From: Amoeboaphelidium protococcarum X5
Taxonomy: Eukaryota; Fungi; Aphelidiomycota
Reading direction: 5' to 3'
DNA length: 31,468 nucleotides
Assembly (NCBI GenBank): GCA_023515725.1
Contig: JALDTO010000257.1
Coordinates: 1-31,468 of the forward strand
Part shown: positions 1 through 11,805 of the stretch, one piece after another
How positions within the stretch are numbered: position 1 is the stretch's first letter
Layout: every line of letters starts with the position of its first letter
Notes under the pieces: model-generated
The model's database searches: none
The model's input: only the letters and a program-made list of their open reading frames with translations
What the model was told of the DNA's origin: nothing
Translations under genes and position numbers: made by a program

Positions 1-419
1 TCCTTACTAACCTTCAGACAACTAAAATCATCTAACGTGTCAAGAGTCACCTTAAGATTAACAGCGTCAGCATCAAGCGTGATTTCTCGAGTCTCCAATA
101 GCACAGCGGTAGTGCGCTTCACTAGTAATGAAGAGGTCCTTAGTTCAATTCTGAGTTGGAGCAGTATTTTTGGCCCTTTATGGTTTTTTGTTGGCCTTTT
201 CATCCCTTAATGTAGTTACGCGTCAGGAACATTCGATTACTAGGACTCGCTTCTTTATGCATAGCTTCAGAGTATTATTAGAACCATTCAACCCACCATT
301 ATAAGGCGTAAAACCTTGTCTGAAGAATAATAACGCGAAAAGAATTCAAAACTCGTGTTAAATACAAAACGGGGCCTCTTGATATCTGATAATTACTCTC
401 TCATTCTACACGATTCAAT

Positions 420-1928
420 TCAATTCAACTTTAACTCATCTACAGCTTTTCTGAGACTAGCAGCAACTTTTTGCAGCTCAACAGAGGAGTGACCAACGCT
501 CACCGCAATCCTTATACTAGGCTTCGGTGGATAAAGTTCCTAGTCGCGAACGTACTTGGATCTAGTGATGAGAACTTGCCAAGACTTTTTCATTCGATCA
601 ACTATTCTCTGTAGAGCCGCTTCTTCTTCACTGATTGTATTAAATATCTTTTTTAGTCTCAGATGCATCAGTGGACTCTACTAGTCACCCACTAGAATCG
701 CCGTTTTAGAATCACCAAATGCTTGTCTAAACTTGTCAATATTATCCCGCAACTTCTTGATCAATGACTCTCCTTTTTATTCAATAACATTCACACCCCC
801 ATTCGCAGATACAGCCATCATGGCAGGGAGCGCAGCACTGAAGCAGTACGCGAGGCCGGAAAGCCTCTAATGATCCACCACCTCGTGGGTTCCCACACAG
901 AAACCACCCGCAGATGACAAGACATTTGCCATAGATCCTGATATGATCTCAATATCAGTAACGGGGATATCGAAATGTTAAGTCACGCCACGACCCTTCT
1001 TACCGAGAACTCCAATAGACATGCTCTCATCCATTATCACTCGATATTTGTACTTCTTTTTTAGCTCAACAAGGCGCGGAAGAGGGACAATATCTCCAAA
1101 GTTCTAATACAAACCTTCCACCACAATAAATTTTCGAACCAGTCCCTTTTTACTCTTCTTCTCCTCAACAGCCAGCTATTACAGTACGCGCTCAAGATCA
1201 TCCATGTCATTATGATTAAACCATTTTATAACGCTTCGAGAGATTTATACTCCCTTTTGTATACCAAAGTTCACTCCCTTATCGACCACAAGAATATCGC
1301 CACGCTTCGAAAATGCCGGAATAACTGAACTGATGGTGGAGAATGCCTGCGAGTAAATGATAGCTTCCTCGGTGCCCATAAATTAAGCCAACTTCTTCTC
1401 TAAATCCAAGTGAGCGTCTAGAGTTCCATAAAAGCCAGGCGGTCCACACGCGCCAACACCATACTTGCGTAGTGCCAGTATAGCCGACTCGTGAATACTG
1501 CTCTCCATTCCAATGCCTAGAAAATCAAACGAGATCATGTTCATATACTCTTTGCCATCTTCAAGTTTAACGTGAGCTCCAGATGGCCCTTAAATGATGG
1601 GCAGTTGCTCCAACTCCTGGCGCGAGCTAGAGTCATCTTCAGGCACCAACGGCTCCGGTGACCACTCCTAAACCAACTCATCAATCTCCTTCTCTGTGAG
1701 CTAGACTTCGCTACTCTTATCCGGGTAGTATCTCTTCTTGAGCATATAATGAATAGCGAAAATGATCAGCATAACCTCCAGAATAATTCTAAATGGGTCA
1801 TTCTGGTAAGAGTTTTTGACATACCGCAACACCAGCGGGGCGAGAGGTATCTTGGAGTACCCATAGGTAGCCCATTCCTGGATCTCGCTCAACGTGGAAT
1901 TGACAACCTGAACAATCGCCTTGTTCAT
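420..1928 (-). CDS. LCB1: Serine palmitoyltransferase subunit 1 (LCB1/SPTLC1)
   Basis: About 502-aa ORF with TAR=Gln, ending ...[12 protein letters not shown] (420-422). N-terminal TM ([16 protein letters not shown]), [29 protein letters not shown], and GSMANVL without the PLP lysine, as expected for LCB1. Confidence 0.93.
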
Positions 1929-2043
1929 TAATACCAGTTAATTTACTATGCGACAGAGTCTAGGATATAATAAGTTGGAAAGCGCTAACCAAATCGTAAT
2001 GGTTAAGTAATGTGACGGGATGTCGCGACTCGACGCTGCACAA

Positions 2044-2081
2044 AGAGAAAGAGAGAGAGAGAGAGATGGAGAGAGATGGAG
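2044..2081. repeat. (GA)n microsatellite / purine tract upstream of LCB1
   Basis: Seen directly: agagaaagagagagagagagagatggagagagatggag. Confidence 0.85.
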
Positions 2082-2178
2082 GGCATCAAAAAGTGGCGTA
2101 GACGATAGTGGTAGATTTTGACAAAGTTGTCTGGGCTTAAATTATTTATTTATTTAGCTCAATGATTAACATCAGAAT

Positions 2179-3120
2179 TCACAATTATTTTGAATTAGAC
2201 ATTTATGAAGAAGGATGCAAATGAGTCCTATAATGCTGCAGCATGTTATCGCGCCTACTGAATTTCTTATCACATTGAGGAAACTTGCACGGGAACGGAC
2301 GCTCCCCAGTGTGGACGCGCATGTGCCTCTCAACGTGGCCGCGATTCTGAAATTTAGCTGTACAGCCTGGAAAGGTGCACTAGTGCCTCTTCTCATCAGA
2401 TTTAGCAGGCTTTGGCGAATGAGATATATACTACTAGTCATTAGCGTGCTCCCCATTATAAGAACTACTACCTTCTGACGGATCTATCGACATCGCGTTA
2501 TGAGAATACTACTACTGTTATTACGAATGAGGATTAACCTGAGACCAGTCAGAATACGTTTAATAATATGTATGATGATCAGGACGAACTTATTGATCGG
2601 CGAATGGATGATTACCTATGGCGTCTTAACTGGGATGGCAACTCCTAATGCTTTCTCCGAATGGCCTATCAAGCTATTAATAGTTCTAATTTTAAGCATT
2701 TATAAGTTATACACCAAGTCCTTGTTAATATGAATTTTATGCATTGTAATCCGCAGGGGCAATGGATGGATCTCGGGTGGTTCGGTTCTTCGACCGAAAA
2801 TCAAAATTGTTCACAAGCGCAGATTCAATCGACGGCAAACCCCCAGCGACTCTGTCAAAGGATCGCTATGCAATATCGTCATCTTTATCGCCATCGATCA
2901 AGATATTGCTTTTCATATCTTCTTCATTATTCAGTATGCACACCATGCCACGGTTAGCAGACCTCACGGTGAAAGAAGAGGCGGGTGTGGAGTCTAAGGA
3001 TGACGATTTGGCGGTTTACTGACTTTGGCGGGATCGGTGTGAACAACCAGCTGACGAATTACATGAGGAGCATCGGGAATCATCTTCAAGTGCTTTGTAG
3101 GCAGCATTGCTCTAATTCAT
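2179..3120 (-). CDS. C2H2 zinc-finger transcription factor, Nrg1/Nrg2-like
   Basis: 313-aa ORF (TAR=Gln). Low-complexity Q/S/N region, then two fingers HQCTFPGCTAKFQNRGHVERHMRVHTGERPFPCKFPQCDKKFSRRDNMLQHYRTH. Finger 2 resembles the fungal Nrg1 FSRxDNxxQHYRTH signature. Confidence 0.88.
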
Positions 3121-3724
3121 TTTCAATATTCTTAAGCAATATCAAATCTTGCCGTTTATGATTATATATTGTCCAAATGCAAATAAATAAAGAGACCCGG
3201 CAACACTGCGACGGCGACCCTAAAAAATAATCGTAATGGCCGAGACCGCCTAGGCCGTATGACAATGAAGATCTGCGAACTCGACCCAGGCCCGATCCAA
3301 ATGAGAAAGAGGCCCTTCTCACCGCGGAGTAGGGAGAGATGGATTCTTCACAGGGACAAAGCGTAAAGGCCTGGGAATTTATGTAAATAATAAATCTACA
3401 ATACTCATTTTGTTTGTTTACATAACGCATGGACTCTGATAGCCGATAAAAATGGTCCTAAAGACCACGAACTTTATATCTGAGTGGGCGATCCTTAGCA
3501 ACCACGATACAATTTGAGACTACGAAAAGTCTACATGATTTATAGAGATTTCTGGTTCTCTTTCCAATTTTTTATATTAAAGATTTCGCATTTACTTCAG
3601 ATGTACGAAAATCCTATAAAGCAATCTATCTTTGATATCGTATACTGATGAGCTTCAGTCATGTTTCCTTCTCTTCTTCGCACAGAAAATCGGTTCACAA
3701 TTAAGTTACTTCTACTAAGCCGCA

Positions 3725-4675
3725 ATGCCAAATGTTATCAGAATATGTATGGATTTTATGGACAAGTTTGTTCGATATCTTGGTCCCATCTTGATTGTAT
3801 TTGCATGTGTTTTAATTGGTATTTCTGTATGCTGCTTTTATTTAATTTTATTGCCTCTCTAAATATAAAATAGTTCCAAGACCACTATATCAAAGCTTTA
3901 TTATCTGTGTCATATCATTGTCAGTGGATATATAGTGATTATGGTGTTCTTCAACTACTTTTGTGCCATATTTACCGACCCCGGAACTCCGGTACTATAG
4001 AGCGAAGCTCTGATGTCCCAGACAGAGTAATCCACGGTGTCCTAGAGGAAAGTGTGTAGAAAATGCGACCGCTTGAAGCCCGAACGCGCTCACCATTGCT
4101 CTGTATGCGGCTGTTGTCGAATGAAAATGTGCCATCATTGTCCATGGATTAATAATTGTGTTGGGCTGTAGAATCATCGGTATTTCTATCTATTCATGGT
4201 ATATTTGTGGTTGGGAACCATATACTTTCTGTTTTGGATTTGGCGCCCATTCATGGATGTAATAAGTGGATCTAATTTGGAGATTTACGGCTACCACAAC
4301 GTGAAATGGATAGTTTTGTGTTTTATGCTGGCTGCTACTTTAATGGTCGCATTAGGTGGTTTCGTTGCTTGGACTTCATATCTTGTACTTAGCAATTAGA
4401 CCACGATTGAATTTTACAACAACACGTATGAACATGAAGCTGCCAAGTCAAGAGGCTAATCATACAGGAATCCTTATGACTGCGGTAGATGGATGAATCT
4501 GCGCCTCTTCTTCAGTGTCGGCTCTCGATACAAGTGGTGGCACGCGTTTCTGCCCGTCAGAGTTCGCGCTTATAGTGATGGTTATTCTTATCTCAAGGAG
4601 TCTCAGTTTGTATAAAGTCAACTCGTAGACTTGTACGATTTCGATCTCGATTCTTATAATGCCAAGTTATAATGA
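3725..4675 (+). CDS. DHHC-family protein S-acyltransferase (ZDHHC16-like) with variant CHHC motif
   Basis: 316 aa, four hydrophobic segments, [47 protein letters not shown] (Q=TAG), NPYD.G. Confidence 0.92.
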
Positions 4676-4865
4676 TACAGTCTTGTTTTATGATTAATAA
4701 ATAGAAGAAAGCTCTAGTAATATAGTGACCATAAATCTTGTGTTACAGTCCACGGTAGTCACAGGCGATGGCGAAACGACAGTGTTTCCATGACAAACAT
4801 CTGCTCTTCTTTTTTTAAAGCACCCCACAGATCCAGATTGAAAGAAACACATATAATCAATCAAC

Positions 4866-6325
4866 ATGGGACAAGTTCAAAGTAGGCAAGAATAGCCAGC
4901 GAGTGGGCCGTCCAACACCTAACAGTCCGGTGAAGATATGGTTGTATCATCCGCTTTGGTGAACCGACGAGATTAAGAAGAGTTTCAAGTCGCCACTGAA
5001 ATATATCAAGTTGACAGGGAATTGCGAGAGTTCCCTGAACATCTACTTAATCAGTACACTAAATTTATAAATCTTAACAAGAATAGTAAGTACTAAATTA
5101 AGATGATAATACTTGATACATTTATTGTTTGCTTGTAGAACTTCAAGCCTTGCCTGATACGCTTGTGAAGTGTCGAAAGTTGAAACGATTGAGTGTGAGC
5201 TCTAACAACATCACGGATATTCCAGAATGGATTTCCTATCTGCAGATGTTAGAATTTTTTGATGTCACGCATAATCCAATTAAAGGTTTGCCTGGTAGTA
5301 TCGGTTAGCTGTAGAATCTGACTTCACTTGGTTTGTCGAATTGTGGACTTGATGAGATTCCCACATGTGTTTATAGTCTGTAATAGTTGGAGAAGCTTGG
5401 CCTCTTTTCGAACAAGATCAAATCAATATCTTCAGATATTAGTAATTTAAGGTAGTTGGTAAAATTAGATCTAAGTTATAATGAACTTTCAAGTTTACCT
5501 GAAGAATTTGGTGCACTATACAGGTTGCAGTGGCTGAATTTGAGCTACAACAAACTGAGAGAGCTACCATAAAGTTTTAGTCGCTTCACAAACATGATAG
5601 ATCTAGGACTCTGTTGTAATGAATTATTATCTCTGCCTGATCTGTCAAAGCTGTAATTGCTCAAAGTTTTACCCGTCTACAATAATCAGTTGACTTGTAT
5701 TGGCTCTTGGTTACCGAAGCTTACGAGTCTGCAGAAATTTGACGCGTCCAACAATTAGCTGGTGAACGCGGACGAGGTGTTTCATCTCCCTAATGTCAAC
5801 TATATCAATCTGAAGAAGAATAGGATATAATCAATGAGTCTTTCCGTATCCTGCATTTAGAATCTAGAGAAGAGCTTGTAATTTTTGGATCTTTCGAGTA
5901 ATCGACTGCGATTTTTGCCTTTTAATCTGAAAAAAGTGGAATCAATCAAAAGTTTTAGATTTGGTCCATAATAAGATTACGGCTAAGAACGTGGTAGAAT
6001 TATGAGTCTAAGATTGTTGTGCTCGGATTCTCTAATTAAGTAGCTGCCGTTTGATAATTGGTAACTGCTTCTCAACTACTTGCCATATGAAGCCTAGCGA
6101 GATATTGAGTGTCATGCGTAAGTGTGCACGGTGTGCGAACGGCAGTTCATCAACAACTAGAATGAATTACGAGAGATGCTGAGTTTCGCTGGCGAAATGG
6201 ACGTGTAATTTGGTGAAGCTCTATGCTCTGCCACTTGTAAACGCAGCTTTTAGCAAACGCTGAGCTCTAGCTTTAACTCGAGTCCAATATAAAACCTGCT
6301 CTCCTACGTGTGGTCGCGAACTTGA
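4866..6325 (+). CDS. Leucine-rich-repeat protein with MGxxxS start and C-terminal Cys-rich region (LRRC58/LRRC28-like); intron 5086-5138
   Basis: MGQVQS start. 53-nt GTAAGT..TAG intron restores NKLQALPD. About 11 LxxLxLxxNxL repeats, then MSLRLLC, CTVC and LCSATC before TGA. Confidence 0.85.
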
Positions 6326-6777
6326 ACAAGTTACGTGCTGAATGATGATATCAAAATCGAGATAGAAAATATAGAGTCAATTATGCATATATGTTGTTTT
6401 CAATCACGATTAACTTTCTAATGAAAACTTAAAATATAATGCAAACCACTTGAACAGCTGTCATATGCTAATATTAGTGCCCTTATTCTAGATAACTTGG
6501 AATCAATCAATGCAAGCGTAACGCGTGTTCATATAAACAAAAGCATTTGCATATCATTTAGAGCTCATAATACGCTCTGAAGCAGACATTTCTATCCACC
6601 AACTACCGTATCTTTTAGCTAAACTATCGATTTCTTTCTTGATTATGTCCAAATAGTTATTATACACTCCGTATTTTTCAACTACTGCTGATACAGCATT
6701 TATCACTATAGGCCACATTTCTGTCAAAAACTATAAAAATTCCTCTTTGTTCGTATTAAAAACCAAACTCTATCCAC

Positions 6778-7594
6778 TCACGCAATAATCGTGGGCAGTA
6801 AGAGCCGGAAGTTCTTAAACCAGATGAATAGCTTCAATTTGTCAGTAGCACCTGTCCCTCCTTTAGATTACTCCAGTACTTCAAAGAGATCCGTCTAAAG
6901 TTGAGCAAAGCCTAACACAGACAATCTGTTCAGGATGGCAGAGTAGGATGAAATTACAGCTTTCTTCTGATGTTCATTAGACTTCTTTAACTACTGGGTG
7001 AGGGTGCTTGAAAGCTCTGACCAAAATATCTACGCAGCATTGCGGCCACTTGAAATGCCACCTAAATATTCTAAGACATTTAATATTTATAATTGCTCTG
7101 GTTCATAAACAAAATCATCCTAGCTTAACAAATCTGCAATGACTGATAGAGACAATTGGGGAAGTAGAGCAGTAAGATCTGTAAAGTTTGCCTGACATTA
7201 GATATCGTGAGATGGTATCTATTTAAATGCAAGCCAATACTCATACAAGAAATCAACCTTACTAGGCTGATCTTTGAATACTTGACTTAGCTTTATGGTT
7301 CCCAGCTCCTTTATATACTCGAAGAAGACTACTTTAGAAAGCAGACAGCCATTTTTAACGCGTAGCAGTAAAGCTATCAGTTATAAATCCACAGGATAGG
7401 CACGAGCCTTAAGTTGCTTTAGTTCCATCATAGCCACACGATGAAGTAAACTGCAATAAAATATACGCCAAGATCTACTTATGTCTACTTGACGTTTTCT
7501 ATAGTAGAGACCAATCATATCGGATTGGATTAAAAATGTTAGCTGATTTCGGCTAAGAGATCTTCAAGTTATTCTTAATCACATCTAAACGCAT
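6778..7594 (-). CDS. Hypothetical helical protein; probable 43-nt intron near 7451-7493; 3' end uncertain (may continue to 6554 in another frame)
   Basis: More than 218 codons open with TAR=Gln from MMELKQLK to TGA 6778-6780. An upstream exon from ATG 7594 joins in frame through GTCAAG..TTGCAG. No recognisable motif. Confidence 0.55.
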
Positions 7595-7773
7595 ATCATA
7601 GTGTGTAAGGCTGGAATATTATATATATTAGCACTAAGATGCATAGAATAATTGTCGAGTCGTCAGATCTCACTAAACGAAATCTGCTACTATATCGCGC
7701 AATAAATTATCATAGTAACACAAGCCGACAGTGATATTGAATCGCTCAGCAAGAACAGATATAATATTTATTT

Positions 7774-8301
7774 TCATTAGTCATCTTCATCGTCTGAGCT
7801 CAAGTCTGACTCTAAATCAGAATCACTGCCATCGGCTGCTTCAAGAGACAGACCCGCGACACCTTCCAGTCCGTCTCTTTCTAGTCGGCGGAGATAAGTC
7901 CGCTTCTTTCGCTCTGGTAGATTAGAGGATAAGCAAAGTTCCTTCAATTTCTCAACCTCTTTATCCGTGTCTATCTGTGATAAATCTTCGACGATTTCCT
8001 TGCTCTGTAAACACTTGGCGCACACATCTTTCTTCTACGCGCATGCCTGGCACAATACATGATAAGCCTCTTTCACTGATTTCTCGTCACAATCTGGACA
8101 CTTCTTCGCCTAAGTCAGCGGCTTATACTTTCGATACGTTTTCCGCCACTGGATGATATCAAAGCATCGCTAGCAGAGACCATTAACAGGCATCGATAGA
8201 ATCTTTTTGGTCAATTTAGAATTCTTATTATGCTTAAATGCAGTTACATTCTTGTATTTCTATGCTCCCTTCTTGTTATCACCTTTACGCGTTGTGGTCA
8301 T
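7774..8301 (-). CDS. DUF2039 / C9orf85-like basic Cys-rich protein
   Basis: 175 aa: GAQKYKNVTAFKHNKNSK..GLCQRCFDIIQWRKTYRKYKPLTQAKKCPDC..AYHVLCQACA..CAKC, then an acidic tail. Confidence 0.88.
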
Positions 8302-8396
8302 ATTTGAATCACTTTGCACACTATAGGTTTATCTGTCCTTCACTCTGCTCTCTTCTAATAAGCAAAAGAAGAAAACTGATCAAACAATCAACAAAA

Positions 8397-9318
8397 ATGG
8401 TAAGATACGTGTTTGGTAGGACATCTATAGCTCTATTGATAATACAATTTCGTGTAGATTAGACGATAAAATAGATTGCGGAAAGAGTATCTGTATAAGA
8501 AGAGCAAAGAGACTTAGGAGCAGTAGATTTATGAGCGCAAGTAAAAGTTGAAGGCCGCGCTGGAGGGGGCCTAACCTCTGCCATCAGAGATGAAGAGTAG
8601 CGTTGGAGACATTCGTAAAGACCTGCCGTATGACGAAGCTCAGTCTGCTCCAACTACGCACATGGATGATGAGTATGCGTATGCTGGTGTATCGGATCCA
8701 AAGATATTGATCACTACATCACGCGATCCTAGCTCTAAACTGTTGTAGTTTGCCAAAGAGATGCGTCTTGTGTTTCCCAATTCATAGAGAATTAACAGAG
8801 GTAATTACGTTATAAAGGATGTTGTCGCCTCTTGTCGCGCTAATGAAGTCACTGATCTGGTTATACTTCATGAGCATCGTGGATAGCCTGATGGAATGAT
8901 TGTATGTCACTTTCCGTATGGACCAACTGCTTACTTCACCCTACACAATGTGGTGATGCGTCATGATATAGAAGATCAAGGTACTGTGAGCGAAGCGTAT
9001 CCTCATCTGATATTTCATAACTTTACAACTAAGCTGGGAGAGCGTATCAAGAGCATCCTCAAGTACTTGTTTCCTGTGCCTAAGCCTGATACTAAACGCG
9101 TCATGACATTCTCCAATGATGCGGACTACGTTTCATTTAGACACCACGTCTACTAGAAATTGTCGGGATCGAAGGAAGTTGAGCTGGCAGAATGTGGACC
9201 GCGATTTGAAATGCGGCCGTACAAGATTTAGTTGGGCACTGTTGACATTGCAGAGGCTGACAACGAATGGGTCCTCCGCTCATACATGAACACCACCAAG
9301 AAACGTAATCAGCTTTGA
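8397..9318 (+). CDS. IMP4: U3 snoRNP protein IMP4 (Brix domain); intron 8400-8457 directly after the ATG
   Basis: M|[70 protein letters not shown]. Confidence 0.96.
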
Positions 9319-9377
9319 TATGTCTTAAGCAGTTGATCAATTGAATAAAAACTATATTAAAAATTTTCAATTGCATT

Positions 9378-10307
9378 TCAAATATCAATACTCGTGTGTA
9401 AGGGATAATGATCGCTTGGACATGGATGATCATTGAATTCTGATAATACTGTCGAGTGAGCTTCAATGTCGGCTTTGAACATAGTTGTGACACCCTGCAC
9501 CTCAACCTTTTCAATTAAAAAGATGTGATCAATCTACCCTTTTGCCTCTTTCACAGTTGCCAAAAGATTCCCATCTGGATCGTAAGTGTCGCGATTAGTA
9601 GTCAGCAATCGACGTATATGAACATTTCCGTCTGCTAGCCGTTCAAGTTGGGGATAAATATCAGATTCAGCGCCAATATTAAAATCGCCGCAGAGGAGAA
9701 CAGTATAATCAGAAGCTTTCAGTTCGTCTTCACCATCTAAATCAATGTAAGACGCAATCTTTTAGGTGATGTCGTGACTTATAAAGTGACTGATTTCTTG
9801 TAGCTGTTACAACTTATTAGCCTCGTTATCGGGATCAAGGTGGGTATTTATCACCACTATTCGCTTAGTAGTGTCTTCTTACAGCTATAAACAGGCAGCT
9901 CTTACGCCCTTCTTGGAAGAAGATTATGAGACGGTGAATTAGCGCGCCATTGACCATTCCATCTTGAACTTGCTCCTATCAAAGCCAATCAACAGTCCTC
10001 CGCACCCGTTCCAATAATGAAGAGCAGAGTTGAGCAAGTTATTTACAAATGGCGGACCTGCTGTATAAGATTCGGAGATTATATCAGGACTTAGTGTGAA
10101 TTTAGACTTGATAGCCTACACCAAAACGTGTTATTCCGGTCCCCAAGACTCTTAGAGTGCAAAAATATCATGGCTCTGTAAGATGCTCACAATCTATGAC
10201 ATTCGAGTGTCTGTTACGAACTCTTTGTTACTATACGTTGGATACTTGACTTTGTTTACGAGTACTGGAGGCACCATGAAGATATTCCACTGTAAGATAG
10301 TGATCAT
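9378..10307 (-). CDS. Endonuclease/exonuclease/phosphatase (EEP) family protein, sphingomyelinase-like
   Basis: 309 aa with ordered EEP motifs LQWNIF, FALQE, KG, INTHL, LCGDFN, IDHIF, SDHYP. Confidence 0.87.
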
Positions 10308-10381
10308 TTTTTATCGACAAGTAAAGCGCAAGTAAAAGGGTAAAGAAGTAAGTCATAAAAAATTTCGTGTCTATTTAAAAG

Positions 10382-11575
10382 TCATTTAGCAGCGACATCT
10401 TAATTATGAATGTGATCTTCAATAGATTCATAATGGTAATATAGCAGATCGTAGGCTTCAAATTCATAATGAATACGATCCTTTTTTATAAACGTATCAA
10501 TCTTGGCGCCTAGAGTCTGTTCGTTATACTTTCCATACCCAGTGGAATCAAGGAGATCGCTGAACAAAGTCACAGTGAATGATGCCGGTCTGAAAATCTT
10601 AATCACCTTTTGCACAATATCTTCGTACGTGACACCATTCCTCTATGGGATGTAATTAGTCTCAAATGATGCAAATGAACAATGCTTTTCAGGAGTTACG
10701 TGCACATCAAAATACGCTTCACCCATTATGCCATTGCAAGAGTATCCACACGGATCAAACAGATGATCGTCCAAAATCAACTGATGACCCTTTTACTCCT
10801 CTTAACCGCTCTACTGCTCACCAAAAACTTGACTCAACAGTTCAGATGCTACCAGAGAACCATCAGCGCGAAGCGCACTAGGAGGATAGAAGAGCTGCCT
10901 GGCATCATCACTCAGACCTGTCATCAGAATTTCCAGAGTGCGATCGGCAACCGGGCCCGCTTTCCGGACCGGCGATACGGAGCGCGACGAAGGCTGAGAT
11001 GATGGTAGTGCGCCGGTCAATGCAGCGCCGTTCTGCGTCAAACAGCCTGGGAGCTCCCACACAAAACAGTACCAGTGATGCTGAGCGTTAGTCTTACCAA
11101 CGACATACGCCGCTCCACCGGCAAAGTGATTCTCCAGACAGTGCACCTCATCCGTCCAGGAACAATGTGGTGGTGGCTGATTCTCGGGGAACATGAAATT
11201 CTTGCGGCTATAAAATACGTACGACACGGTGCTCAAGCCACAAAATTTCTTTGCATACTCTAGCAAGAGATCGAGACAAAGCAGTAGAGTGGTAGTACCG
11301 CACGTTTTTATAATAATCTTGCGATCAAACACGAAGAGGGATGATTCGCTGAGTAGATACGCATCCACATACTCATTAGATACATGGGATAGTATTTCGC
11401 ACTGTACCAATTTTAGTAGAGTGATCCAATCCTCTTTACAGATAGATCTGAGTGATTGAGTATCATCAGGGCAGTCAGTAGCGCCATCATCGAACCAGAT
11501 CTCGAGCAGCTTTTCCGCACCCTCAAATCCAGCAGGCAGATCCTAAGCAGCACTAATTTGACACAAATTTGGCAT
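10382..11575 (-). CDS. SPE2: S-adenosylmethionine decarboxylase proenzyme
   Basis: 397 aa. [12 protein letters not shown], self-cleavage site [40 protein letters not shown]. Confidence 0.96.
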
Positions 11576-11653
11576 CAATATACAAAATGTGATATTACAG
11601 TATCTATCCAATGTGATTCCAACAAAATCAGAGTAAAAAAACGTTGAAAATTT

Positions 11654-11717
11654 TCAGTTCATCAAATAATCAACAAAGAGGCTGCGCGTTCACAGGAGAG
11701 CGTTGTTTTCTCTGCAT
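11654..11717 (-). promoter_or_regulatory. Two candidate uORFs upstream of AdoMetDC: MQRKQRSPVNAQPLC* (11670-11717) and MN* (11654-11662)
   Basis: ATG..TGA mini-ORFs 79-142 nt upstream of the SPE2 ATG. Whether they lie inside the transcript is unknown. Confidence 0.45.
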
Positions 11718-11805
11718 TTCCTTCCCGAACTGTGTGGTGCCGACCTGTGGGGAGCGAGCGAGAAAATCTGAAGAAGAATTACATCTACCGTGCAATATCT
11801 ATAAA

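Noticed and set aside
1-492. Possible partial gene at the window start: + frame 1 open from 1 to 492, or - strand ATG at 203 running off the edge
   Set aside because: No recognisable motif and the two readings conflict. The + frame would overlap LCB1 by about 70 nt, and long open frames arise easily with a single stop codon.
3216-3223. GACCCT(AA) as an Nrg1 autoregulatory site or a telomerase template
   Set aside because: A single 6-8 nt match is expected by chance, and it is shorter than a typical 1.5-repeat template.
2172-3430. ORF-track calls 2172-2456, 2215-2478, 2500-2733, 2730-2957, 2762-3022 and 3086-3430
   Set aside because: Antisense or off-frame shadows of the zinc-finger gene and its upstream region.
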